From assembly GCA_010093815.1 (NCBI GenBank), contig ML996570.1: a DNA stretch of 64,000 nt; one strand, given 5' to 3'. The notes under the pieces were generated by a model. The model had not been told where the DNA came from and made no database searches. It worked only from the letters and a program-made list of their open reading frames with translations. Position numbers and translations under genes: made by a program. The stretch is from Pseudovirgaria hyperparasitica. Its lineage: Eukaryota. Positions 27,301-38,172 of the stretch are shown here, piece after piece (within the stretch, counting starts at the first letter, position 1; each line of letters starts with the position of its first letter).

Positions 27301-27633
27301 TTCAAGCTGACGACGGAAATGATTGCAGTCCTGGGCGGTAACAATCCCCCGAACCAATCGTACAGATGGTTCGAAGAGCTTTGTATCAAAGCGTTCCTTG
27401 CGTGTCGTCCGCACGCCGAACATCTGATCCATCTCGTCATCTGTATGCTGGACAGCGACCTCCCCTGCTTTAAGCCCGAAACTATTAAGCATCTTCGGGA
27501 GAGGTTTGTGCTGGAGAAGAGTGAGATGGAGGCCGCAGGGTTCATGAGGGACCTGATTCGAAAGAGTGCCGGAAGTTACACAACGAAGCAGTACGACCAC
27601 TTCCAGCTTCTAACGAACGGCATCCCGTACTAG
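21302..27633 (+). CDS. STT4: Phosphatidylinositol 4-kinase Stt4 (PI4KIII-alpha); about 11 exons
   Basis: Spliced N-terminus MQR|SVRRNALEKLAALS. FFYVPQIVQTLRYD, PLQSHAKAP, FKVGDDCRQDLLALQ, QFKDRHNGN, HIDFGF, FERAPFKLT and the terminal YDHFQLLTNGIPY. Successive ORFs are joined by canonical introns. Confidence 0.96.
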
Positions 27634-28216
27634 GAGGGGATCACACGTCAACACAACATATGTCACCTGTAGGTTTCCAGGCTGCAGCCAATGCTTAGCC
27701 AAACATGCGTACGTAGCTGTTCTTAGGCATCGTTAATACATTCCAATCAATCCAATACCTACATCTTGGTCCAGCTCTCACGCGATGCCACCTTCTCCTT
27801 GCTTTGTCGTCATCCGGCAACCGTCGGGCTCTGGATGGATGTAACTGATTGGACTTACGAGAAGCAGATGCCGAACAAGTAATGGCTGCTGAGGCGGGGA
27901 TGTCGTATACGAGCTGCCGATCCCTTTGATGCGGGGAAGATCGATGCGCCATGCAGCTCTGGCGTTACCCTTCCCTCAGGGAGACTACAGTAACACCGCC
28001 GAATGCACAAACGTCACGATGCTCTGTATTTCCAAATCGAGCGTCAGATCGTGTTGATAAGACCACCGACCCCGTCCGCCATACCCCACTAAGCATTCAC
28101 TTAAAGCCCTCGCTAACTCTTTCATAGCCCTGGCGTTTGACCGGACTCTTCCCAGCAATACCTCCAAAACGAACGCCATTGACCTTCGCGCGATATCTGC
28201 TCCATCAACGGTGGAC

Positions 28217-30016
28217 ATGCTCGTGTCTCTCCTACTCGTCACACTGGCAAGCAGCGCCAGCTGCAGCGTCATTCTTAATACGCGTCAGTCAAACGCCAAA
28301 GTCATCGACCCTGGCGCCACACCCGACGGTGCTAGTGGACCGATCCCAGAGTCCTTTGTGGCTTACAGTATCGAATTCAGCTCGTTTCCCGAATTTGCAG
28401 GCAACTTATCAAGCCCAAACACTTTCTCAAACAACCTACTCGATAACCTGGCCCAGCTCCAAGGAACAAAACCTTACATCCGAGTTGGCGGTAACACACA
28501 GTAAGGTCCTCCGTCGCTTCTCCATTGTAATTTCATCCTTCGTCTCCTTGCTTCTACTTCTCCCTCCAAGAATATACCCGACACAGAGAACACACTCTCC
28601 CTCCGAGCATCAATCACACAACATAACAAGCAGAACCATCATCTGACACCCTCTTCGCGCTGCCCAGAGACTACGCCCTCTACAATGCATCCCTACCCAT
28701 CGCCCTCAACGGCACAGTCATCCCTTCGCGCTCCCCAGACTACCCTTACCTCATCGACATAGGGCCATCGTACTTCGAATCGTATCTCACCCTCCCCGGC
28801 GTCAAGTTCATCCACGGCTTCAACCTTGCCAAAAACTCGACTTCGGATCATGCGCGCTTGCTCGAGTCGGTACCGCTTGTCTGCAAGGCGCTCAGCCACG
28901 GCAATCTGCTGTACTGGCAGCTGGGCAACGAGCCGGATCTGTTCAAGACGGCATCGCAGGGCATCCTGAGGCCGCGGAGCTATGACGAGGCGGCGTATGT
29001 GGCCGAGTGGCAGAATCTGACGACCCAGATCATGGGCGTTGTTGCCGAGGCGTGTCCCGGGCTGAGTAATGAGCAGTGGGTTGCGCCGAGTTTTGGGGGT
29101 GTGGGTAACAGCTTGAGGCAGGTGCCGACGTGGGCTGCTGGACTGAACAGCCAGGGGAAGGTGGTGTTGATTGATTCGCATAAGTGTGTTTTGTTTCATT
29201 CCATATGTGCATTGAATGTGACTGATATGTACAAGCTATATCGGCGGCGCAACTCAGCCCGGTATCTCCCTCCGCGGCACACTCATGAATCACACCCGTA
29301 CGCGCCTCTCCGTCGATGCTCAAGTCGCCGTCAAAAATTCGCTCGCGCAATACTCTCTTCCCTTCATCCTTGGCGAGACAAACTCGCTCTACAACCAAGG
29401 CGCACCCGGTCTGTCCAACTCGTTCGGTGCCGCTTTGTGGAATCTCGACTTCGCACTGTACTGTGCATCACAGGACATCAAACGCGTCCACATGCACCAA
29501 GGCACGAATTACCGTTACCAGTCGTGGCAACCCGTCACCACAGCATTAGGCACAAAGGGAACCAAAGCGCCGTACTATGGAAATGTGGCGACGGCGGCGG
29601 CGCTGGGAGATTTGAGGGGCGGGGATGTGAGAGTGAAGCATATCGCATTGGCTGCCGAGACGGATGCAGGCTATGCGGTGTATGCGAAGGGCGTGTTGAG
29701 GAGCGTGGTCATAGTCAATATGGTACCGTACAATGCGTCGAGTACTGTGACTAGGGGTAGTGAGACGTATAGTGTGAAGCTGCCGGTCGGGTGTACGAGC
29801 GACGCTGTTGTGCAGAGGTTGCTTGCTCCTGGAAGCGATGTGATTGACGGAGCGACGTTCAACGGGGTCAGTTATGATCTAGCGCTGGATGATGGGAAGC
29901 CGGTTGTTGTGGAGGGGATGAAGAGAGACGAAGGAGTGACGGTGGAGTACGATGGAGAGCTTGCGGTCGATGTGCCGTGGTCGAGCGCGGCGGTCGTCCA
30001 GCCTAGCTGTGTTTAG
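28217..30016 (+). CDS. Secreted glycoside hydrolase family 79 (beta-glucuronidase-like); 3 exons
   Basis: Signal peptide, YSIEFSSFPEFAGN, IRVGGNTQ|DYA, acid/base GNEPD, nucleophile ILGETNS, FGAALWNLDF, HMHQGTNYRYQSWQP and APYYG. Introns at ~28501-28667 and ~29184-29235. Confidence 0.9.
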
Positions 30017-30321
30017 GGGTGGTCTGGATAGCGACGCGTTGAGATGGAGTGAGGTCCTGTGGTTTCGATATCAGCTTTTGGTAACTAGCATTTGGGCGAA
30101 TCCTCAACTTCATTTCATATTATGGACACTGATGCATGGGTTTCGCACTCTGACCTCGTCCGCTCATGTTCGCTCTCGGGTCAAAAGCTCAAACTTCCAC
30201 ACTCTCACCATCCGGGAACTGCTGACCTCCGTAGCATCTCGGACAGGGAGATAGGTGTTATGTGAGAACTCAGTCTACGGCGTCCTCTGGACATGTTACG
30301 TAAGTCCCTCCTATAGCTCAC

Positions 30322-31296
30322 TCAGCCAGCTTCATCTTCGCCATGCAGACCCTTGACTACCACAGTAACATCCGCCATGTCGCCAGCCCACAGCAACACC
30401 TCACCCTTCTTTGCCTTCCTCCATTCCGTATGTGGCACGACGCCCACACCCAGTCGTACAAACGTCTCCATCAGCGCCCTCTGTCCACTGCCAATCTCCT
30501 CGTCCCGGATACAAATGCCTACATCCGCAGCGAGCAGACACTCGAGATCAGTAGTGCTATCCCCGACATACACGACAGGGGCCTTGTCTTTCGAGGAGAC
30601 ACCAAAGTAGTGCAGCTTATCTGCAGATGTGTGCACGCCTCGGCCACCGTTTGGTCCCTTAATTACGCCCGTCGAAGTGCCTAACGGAAGACCCTCGAGC
30701 TCGTTCGCAATTATCACAGGGAGCAACTTATCATGATCTCCATAAATTGGTCCCGCAGGCACAGCTGCAGTAGCATCCCTGAGTTCTGAAGGAATTATGC
30801 TCTGGAGAGCGTGCTGTATTGCGACATTGATGAATGTCGCGCTCCAATTTACACTGAGAATACGCACGTCAACTCTGTGCTTCGCAGCGTATGTTAGTAG
30901 TGAGGACCAGCCAACCCGCATCTCGACATCCGCGCTGACATGATGAAGGTCTTGACTTCGGGTACCTTTCAGTGCCTTGGTATCGGCTACGCGTGCGATG
31001 CTACGTGCTTCGACGGATGCAAGACTTGCGAGAAATGCCCTTTCGGCGGCGATGGTGGTACGGGTGGGTGCTGCCGGCATATATCTGTCGATGTGGCTCT
31101 GGAGATCCTGGACGTATGCTTCGACTATGTTTGTCCATTGCTGGGTGAGTTTGCGGGATTCAGTGGGTCGGGCGTGTTTGGCGGCTTGGTGGAGGAGATG
31201 CAGAGTGTCTCTTTTTGTTAGTGTGCCGTCGAAGTCGAGGGTGAGCTGCATTACGGGCAACGCCGAGTTAGGGGCGCGACGGATGAGGGAGTTCAT
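30322..31296 (-). CDS. HAD-superfamily phosphatase (Cto1/TH2-HAD-like); the start may be 31251
   Basis: Motif I LDFDGTLT, motif II ILSVNWS, motif III DK and motif IV YVGDSTTDLECLLAADVGI. Intronless. Confidence 0.85.
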   Translation of the reverse strand: MNSLIRRAPNSALPVMQLTLDFDGTLTKRDTLHLLHQAAKHARPTESRKLTQQWTNIVEAYVQDLQSHIDRYMPAAPTRTTIAAERAFLASLASVEARSIARVADTKALKGTRSQDLHHVSADVEMRVGWSSLLTYAAKHRVDVRILSVNWSATFINVAIQHALQSIIPSELRDATAAVPAGPIYGDHDKLLPVIIANELEGLPLGTSTGVIKGPNGGRGVHTSADKLHYFGVSSKDKAPVVYVGDSTTDLECLLAADVGICIRDEEIGSGQRALMETFVRLGVGVVPHTEWRKAKKGEVLLWAGDMADVTVVVKGLHGEDEAG

Positions 31297-31491
31297 ATGG
31301 GATGAGAAAGATTGAATGTTAGCTGAGATGTGGTTCGACCTACTGGGGAAGGTGAATAGTAGCTATCCACATGCGGCTAGCGGTATGAACATAAACATGT
31401 GACATCATAGCTATTCTTACCTCTCACTGCATTCACCAAGATCCATGTTTATCAAGTACGATTCGCGCCTAACCCAAACCCAGCATCCGAG

Positions 31492-32313
31492 ATGTCAAAA
31501 AACTACCTAATCACGGGCGCATGTCGCGGCATCGGTCGTGGGCTCTCTCGACTGCTCCTAGAGAAAGGCCACCGCGTGTTTCTCCTCGACAACGCCGAGC
31601 CCGAAATCGAACATATGCGCGCACAGCTCCCCAAATGGCTCTCCTCGAAACCAACCATTAAGGACCAGTACCACGTCTTCCGCGGCGACCTTTCCAACAG
31701 AAGCGACATCGACCGCGCCGCGAGCTCTGCCTCTGCATTCTTCGCCGGTCACGTCGACGTGCTCATCAACAATGCCGCAAACACCACCGGCGTCATCCAC
31801 GAGCACCGCATCGACTCCCCAGAGTTCCCGGAGCTATGGGCAAAAACGATTGCTGTCAACCTAACGGGCAGCATGCTACTCACACGCGCGGTGCTGCCAC
31901 AGCTACGTAAGACATCGACGCGCGAGCATGGCGGAAGCGTGATATTCATGTCGTCGACGCGTGCGTACCAGTCGGAGCCAAATAGCGAGGCATACGCAGC
32001 GACGAAGGCGGGGCTGCTCGGACTGTCGCAGGCGCTGTCGTGTAGTCTGGCGGATGACGGCATACGCGTGAATGCGATTCTGCCCGGGTGGATCAACGTG
32101 CAGAACGAAAGTCGGTGGGGCGATGAGAAGGGAATGAGCTGGGAAGATGGGCTGACGGAGGAGGATCACCGATGGCATTTTGCCGGGAGAGTGGGCAAGG
32201 TCGAGGATGTGTTCAGAGCGGTGGAGTATCTGGGGGATGGCAATAGTTGGGTGACGGGGCAGGAGTGTGTCGTGGATGGGGGCGTTACGAGGAGGATGGT
32301 GTATCCGGAGTAG
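31492..32313 (+). CDS. Classical short-chain dehydrogenase/reductase
   Basis: TGACRGIG cofactor motif, LINNAA, catalytic S...YAATK, IRVNAILPGWI and TGQECVVDGG. Intronless. Confidence 0.93.
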   Translation: MSKNYLITGACRGIGRGLSRLLLEKGHRVFLLDNAEPEIEHMRAQLPKWLSSKPTIKDQYHVFRGDLSNRSDIDRAASSASAFFAGHVDVLINNAANTTGVIHEHRIDSPEFPELWAKTIAVNLTGSMLLTRAVLPQLRKTSTREHGGSVIFMSSTRAYQSEPNSEAYAATKAGLLGLSQALSCSLADDGIRVNAILPGWINVQNESRWGDEKGMSWEDGLTEEDHRWHFAGRVGKVEDVFRAVEYLGDGNSWVTGQECVVDGGVTRRMVYPE

Positions 32314-32748
32314 AAATGCTCCTGTGCATGGTAACCTATGCGCCGGACTACGAGCGATACCTCAAGGGCTAGCGACGTTGATTTGATGAGGTTTGGGTAT
32401 ATTAATTCAGGACAGGCGGTCAGGGAGTGCGTCAGGTCAGGCATGCTAGACGTCCAAACATACGAGGACGTCCGGAAGGGTACTGTATTAGTGAGACACT
32501 CCAGCCCAGAGCTCGAATCATATTTATACCACCAGGACGAATCCTCATAAGACGTTATGTGAAGAAAAGTATCGAACATGTATTCCGGGGAAATGTAAAC
32601 AGCTGGAAGTGATAACATGCATCCTCGGCTAAACTTTTCGCCGTCGCTGAACCCTGCCAAGACTACTGATAAGTCCCAAATTATGTTTTTCTACTCCCGG
32701 AAACCGATTTTCGTGCACGAGTATACAACACTGCCCTTGATACTCACC

Positions 32749-33929
32749 ATGGGTCTTGCAGGTCCAAAGAAGTACGTAGCACACAAATCTCCACCCTGCA
32801 ACATTACTCATCCTCATCTAGCCGGTTCAAGATCTCCAAAGACCCGAACAACACCACCTGGTCTCGCAATACCGACCGCTTCGGTCATCGCATTCTGACG
32901 GCACAAGGCTGGAAACCCGGTTCACATTTAGGCTCACAGACGTCTGAGCATGCCGCGCATCACACTGCAGCTTCCTTCTCGCACGTGCGGGTGCTTCTCA
33001 AAGATGATAACCTCGGACTGGGTGCGAAGCGGGGCAGCGAGCGGGCGGAAAACTTTGGTATGGCAGGTTTCGACGACCTTCTAGCACGACTGAACGGCAA
33101 GAGCGAAGAGAAGATACAGGAGGTAAAGAGCAAGCGGCGGGATGCGGACATGAAGGTCTTTGTGAGTCAGCGCTGGGGCACGATGATGTTTGTCAGTGGA
33201 GGGTTCCTGGTGGGCGATCAGATTGTCAAGAGCAAGGATGGGAGGATACCGAGTGGTGGTGGGCAGGTGGGAGATGTCGTGGATGCGAGCAAGCCAAGGA
33301 AGGAATCGTCGAAGAAGAGGAAGCACAGCGAGGAGACGGCCCTTGAGACCATTGATGAGGATCAGGAGCGAAAGCTGAAGCGCAAGAAGCGGAAGTCGAA
33401 TCTACGCGTCGAGCTTGAGCAGGTCACAAGCGAGCCCGAAGCAAAGACGGACAAGAAGAAGTCGAAAAAAACAAAAGACAGTCAATCCGACGAGCGCTCG
33501 AAGAAGAGCAAATCCAACAAGCGAAGACAGAGCCGCTCCTCCAGCGACTCGGAATCCGACAGCTCCCGTAAACACAGCAAATCCGATCCTTCCACCAAAC
33601 CCGCACAAGAAACCGAATCTACCCTCAAAGCCGCCCGCAAAGCCGAGAAGGCAGCCCTCAAAGCCGCCGCGAAAGCCGACAAAGCAGCGCGCAAAGAAGC
33701 CAAGCGGCTCAAGAAATCAAAATCCACATCCACGCTCCCTACGCCCGCGGACACCGCATCGTCATCCGCATCGCCAGCTCCCGCGGTCGAAGGAACAGCG
33801 CCGGTCAGCAACGCTATCCCAAACACTGCTCGACACGCCGCGCGGCGGAAATACATCATGGCGAAGCGCTCTGCAATCATGGATCCGCAGGCGCTGAAGG
33901 AGATTTTCATGATCAAGGGCACGGGGTGA
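32749..33929 (+). CDS. PXR1: G-patch protein Pxr1/Gno1 (PinX1 homolog); intron 32772-32821
   Basis: Spliced MGLAGPKN|RFKISKDPNNTTWSRNTDRFGHRILTAQGWKPG...LKDDNLGLGAK, then FDDLLARLNG and FVSGGFL. Lys-rich tail ending DPQALKEIFMIK. Confidence 0.92.
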
Positions 33930-34887
33930 GCGTCGATTATTGGGCGTTTAAAAGCATTCTCATTCATATGAGCATGAGGGCTCCAGGCGAGGCGTTTTGA
34001 CGGTGCTGTGGAGTACTGAAAACTGGCGGGATGTAGCAGTGAATATATCCTTATATGTCCATGAATCGCTTTTACTACTGCGCGTCTAGGTATTTTGTGC
34101 TAGTGTACTCCGTGGTTTATATCAAAAAGGGTGCGCGATTCAAGTTGCTTTGCTATACAAGCCGCTAGATCCGCTCTACCGCGAAAGAAGCTATGAACAC
34201 ATTGAATCCACACCCACCAACGATACAGTACATACCAAGCAATACAACCAGCCAAAGTATCCCCCCGCGAAATATTCTATGCATTCCCATTGCCTCTGTG
34301 AAACATGGCAACGCCTAAGTCAGAACCCCCTCTATATCACCCCAACCATACTATGATGGACCAAAAGATGCACCAAAACCAACCCGAATACTTATACCTG
34401 CTGCTTCAACCTGCCTTGAAAGTCGCATGTACCTACTACTGCAGCTCCGTATGCAACGGGAAGCACATACGACTATGCACCCAAGGACCATAGTGCATGT
34501 GCCCGGACAATATATGTAGTCCTCCCTTCTGTATCGACAGGCGTACCTTTCGTCTTACGAGCGGGTTATCCAGCTTGCGGCATTGCATATCGTACCAAAA
34601 AGCACAAGTAATGCGACGTATACGGTGTTCGTTGCGCTGTGTCAAAACGACGACTGGTGTTAAGATATCCAGCGTGATGGCCAACAACGGTTCGTGCCGC
34701 TGGGAATTGGTCTGCCCTGCTGATGCACTTTATGCTCTCGAAGACAGATATCCGTCCAGCATATCCGAGAATGGTAGTAGGACTGCGGCCAAAGCAGCAA
34801 ACCCAGTAAGAAGGCTCAAACAAAGCCGTAGTCCGACAGTCTCGCACGGCAGATGAAGATGGATTACCCATCCACGTATACCCCAAT

Positions 34888-35538
34888 TCAATCCTTTGCC
34901 CTTCCCTTTCCCGTCAGAGCAACCTCATACCTGGGCCGAGCACGCTTGCCCAACTTCTTCTTCGTCGCATCGGGATGGCCAGTAGCATCCAGCATAGCCT
35001 GAATCCGCTCATGTTCCTGCAGCCGGCTCTGTCTAGACGTGCGATCGACTACGCTCTCGCCTCCAGCCAAACCACTTCCCCTGCCAGTGGAGCCGCACAC
35101 GTGATCATGATCATGATCAAGATCATCCGCTTCAGTAAAGACCAAGTCGCCGGACGCGCCGACGGTCTCACGGGCAGCCTCCTCCATCAGGATGCCCATG
35201 GCCAGCAGCGCAGTCTCGTCCAGGGACTTGAAGCTCTTCCGGGCTCCTCCCGGACTCAACGCGCCGGCGTAGAACGCAGAGGCGTAGGCGTGGAGTGCCT
35301 TTAGCAGGTCGGAGTCCGGCAGCTTTTGGTCGTCGGGATGGAGCTTGCTGTCGGCGTTGTAGATGTCGTCTTCTTCGTAGCGTTGGGGTGCGCCCTTGCG
35401 CTTGAAGAGGACCTCGTCTGGGCGTAGGGGGATCCCGGTGGAGGCTTGCGGGTCTGTTGGGAGTCTGATTGAGCCGTCTGTGGCGACGCGGCCGGCGACG
35501 GCGTCGTAGACTGTCGCGTTACGGGTGGGTTTCTTCAT
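34888..35538 (-). CDS. RRN10: Probable RNA polymerase I UAF subunit Rrn10-like protein
   Basis: The blocks TVYDAV, PDEVL, LPDSDLLKALHAYAS and LDETALLAMGILMEE occur in the same order as yeast Rrn10 blocks as I recall them (NVYEAC, ADEVL, IPDIDLRVVHYYAT, FDETSLITLGLLIE). Confidence 0.7.
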   Translation of the reverse strand: MKKPTRNATVYDAVAGRVATDGSIRLPTDPQASTGIPLRPDEVLFKRKGAPQRYEEDDIYNADSKLHPDDQKLPDSDLLKALHAYASAFYAGALSPGGARKSFKSLDETALLAMGILMEEAARETVGASGDLVFTEADDLDHDHDHVCGSTGRGSGLAGGESVVDRTSRQSRLQEHERIQAMLDATGHPDATKKKLGKRARPRYEVALTGKGRAKD

Positions 35539-35788
35539 GTTATGGGGCCAGCCAGCGAACTTGGATGACTTTGAAAGTTCAAGAGGAGATGGATGACCAT
35601 ATTAGGTAGATAGAGATGGAGTACAGCACTAGCGCACCAAAGTCAGCCTTCCCCGATCCGGCCTTAGCTCCGGGGATGTCAACCAACATCGCACTCCCGA
35701 AACCTACAAAACAGCAACACTCACCTCAACCCCTTCACGACTCCGGTCGACACCTCGATCCCCATGTCTCGCAGACACACATGGCCGG

Positions 35789-37354
35789 ATGAGCGCCCTT
35801 CTCCTCAACCGCTCGCTCGGCGCCATCAAACCCTTCGAGCTACAGCGGTCCGAGACAACACGGCAGCTATACGCAATCCAGCCGGCCAATGTCTACTTCA
35901 AAGGGCAGAACACCAGTAGCATCACCAAAGAGCAAGGCATCCAGAGGCGCGACCACAACAATGACGACGACGAGCCCATCCCCGCGCACCCCGCAGGCGT
36001 CAACACCATCGCAATAGACCGCTTCGAAGGCAAATACCTCCTCTCCGGCGGCGCAGACTCCAGCATCGCAATATGGGACCTCGAGGACAACAACAACGCC
36101 CACAGCACCAAACACAACAGCACCACCACCACCACCCTCCACCACCCCGCCGGCCACGTCCACCGCAGCACACCCACCCACAAGCCCGGCATAACCCACC
36201 TCTCCTTCTACGCCTTCGACTCCGCCGCCTTCCTCAGCTCCTCCTACGACCACACCCTCAAGATCTACGACGCCGAAGCCCTCACCCCCTCCGCCTCCTT
36301 CAACCTCGAAGCAGCCGTCTACTCGCACGCGATGTCGCCCATCGGAACACACCTCACCGTCGCCTGCGCAACCCAGCACCCCGCCATCCGCCTCGTCGAT
36401 CTCCGCTCCGCAGCCTGCTCGCACGCCCTCGCGGCCGGCCACTCCGCCGGCGCCGCAGTCCTCTCCCTCGCCTGGTGTCCCGTGGCTGAACACACGCTCG
36501 CTAGCGCCGGCGCAGACGGCACAATCCGCTTCTGGGATATTCGCCGCTCTGCCGCCGCCCTCGCCGTGCTCGACATGCATGATTCTCAGGGCGTTGTCGG
36601 CGGCGGTTCCAGCCCCAATCGCACCCGCACCCGCAATCCAATCCACGCCCGCGCCCACCTCGGCCCCGCAAACGGCATCTGCTGGACCGACGACGGACAG
36701 CATCTCATCAGCGTAGGCCACGACGATCGCATCCGCGTCTGGGACGTGCGGCGCGGCGCAAACACGCTCGTCAATTTCGGACCGCTTGTGCGGAATAATA
36801 GCAATGCTGGCGGCGGCAGAAGCTCTGCCACGCTCCTCCCCTTGCTCTCCCCGCCCTCGCTTACCCCCGCCGGCAAGGAGTTGCTTTTCTATCCTAATCC
36901 CAACGAGATTCTGGTGTTTGATTTGTTTGAGGGTGAGTTGGTCAAGAGGCTTCGGGTGTCGTCGTCTTCGTCGATGTTGTCGTCGGGTAGGGAGATGGGG
37001 ATGGGGAGGGGAGGCTTGATGGGTATGAGGAAGAAAGGTGGTCTTGGTGGTATTGGTGGAATTGGTGTGGAACAAGCCCGCAGATCGCGCACGACGGCGC
37101 TGGCGTGGAAGTATCATGACGTTGGGTTCTACTCTGCGCATGCGGATGGGAGTATTCGGGCGTGGATGCCGCGGTCGAGTGCGGATGCGGAGGCGGATGA
37201 GGAGGAGGAGTGGGGGGAAGAGGGTGAAGGGGGTAGTGGTGGTGGTGGTGGTGGTGGTGGGAATTGGAATGGGAAGGGGAATGGGAAGAGAAAGGCAGAT
37301 GTGCTGGATGATATTGTGGAGGGGCTGACGAGGCGGACTGTCACGTTTGCGTAG
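35789..37354 (+). CDS. ERCC8: WD40 transcription-coupled repair factor CSA/ERCC8 (Rad28/Ckn1-like)
   Basis: AHPAGVNTIAIDRFEGKYLLSGGADSSIAIWD, FYAFDSAAFLSSSYDHTLKIYD, VYSHAMSP, IRLVDLRS, GTIRFWDIRRS, AHLGPANG and NTLVNFG. Confidence 0.9.
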   Translation: MSALLLNRSLGAIKPFELQRSETTRQLYAIQPANVYFKGQNTSSITKEQGIQRRDHNNDDDEPIPAHPAGVNTIAIDRFEGKYLLSGGADSSIAIWDLEDNNNAHSTKHNSTTTTTLHHPAGHVHRSTPTHKPGITHLSFYAFDSAAFLSSSYDHTLKIYDAEALTPSASFNLEAAVYSHAMSPIGTHLTVACATQHPAIRLVDLRSAACSHALAAGHSAGAAVLSLAWCPVAEHTLASAGADGTIRFWDIRRSAAALAVLDMHDSQGVVGGGSSPNRTRTRNPIHARAHLGPANGICWTDDGQHLISVGHDDRIRVWDVRRGANTLVNFGPLVRNNSNAGGGRSSATLLPLLSPPSLTPAGKELLFYPNPNEILVFDLFEGELVKRLRVSSSSSMLSSGREMGMGRGGLMGMRKKGGLGGIGGIGVEQARRSRTTALAWKYHDVGFYSAHADGSIRAWMPRSSADAEADEEEEWGEEGEGGSGGGGGGGGNWNGKGNGKRKADVLDDIVEGLTRRTVTFA

Positions 37355-37365
37355 ATTGTTGATGG

Positions 37366-37475
37366 GATAGGATAGGATAGGATAGGATAGGATAGGATAG
37401 GATAGGATAGGATAGGATAGGATAGGATAGGATAGGATAGGATAGGATAGGATAGGATAGGATAGGATAGGATAG
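37366..37475. repeat. (GATAG)22 pentanucleotide microsatellite
   Basis: Perfect tandem run starting 12 nt after the CSA stop codon. Confidence 0.97.
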
Positions 37476-37737
37476 GATACATGCATGTATGCGTTCGTCA
37501 TCAGCACTTGGTTTCCATGTCAGGTCTGGTGTCACAAAAAAGAAAAGAAACAGAGAAGAATGAAGAAAGAACAAAGTATTTTTTGCGCGTCTGTTGCTAC
37601 CACTACTGCGACTGCTACTGCTACTGCTACTGCTGCTGTCTTTTAGAACTGAAGAGGTGGACAGCTGATTTCAATAAGAATATAAAGATGAAGAAGAAGA
37701 TGATAGTTTCCAACCTCTACTTCGGTCTCCGTATGTA

Positions 37738-38110
37738 GAGCAGAGCAGCAGAGCATAGTAGCGCAGAGCAGGACAGAGCAGAGCAGCCAGAGCAGGATGG
37801 AGCAGAGCAGGACGGAGGCTCCGGTGCCAAACGTTGCATCTCGGTGCTGCGCGTGTGTCTACGTCCCTTCACTCGCCATCCATCATCCATTTGCCGTCCA
37901 ACCACCCGCCGTTCGTACGTCCGTCGTCCGTTCGTGCACCGTCCGTTCGTCCGCCATGCAATCATCCACCATCCCATCCGTCCACCATCCCATCACCCGC
38001 CGTCCACTCCTCCCTGATCCACTCCTCCCCAACCCACTCATCCCCTTCACCCCTCACCCCTCATCCCATCGCCCGCCGTCCATCCGTCCATCCGTCCGTC
38101 CGTCCGGCCG
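37738..38110. repeat. Degenerate (GCAGA)n and (CCGT/CCAT)n low-complexity tracts downstream of velB
   Basis: Direct reading of the sequence. Confidence 0.7.
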
Positions 38111-38172
38111 TACGTACATTCGCATCTGCGATTCTAATCAACTCAAACTAGAAGGCACATCTAATAACACAG

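Noticed and set aside
35867..37507. 546-aa antisense ORF, including an ILSYP repeat
   Set aside because: Shadow of the C-ending codon bias of CSA plus the translated (GATAG)n tract; no domain features.
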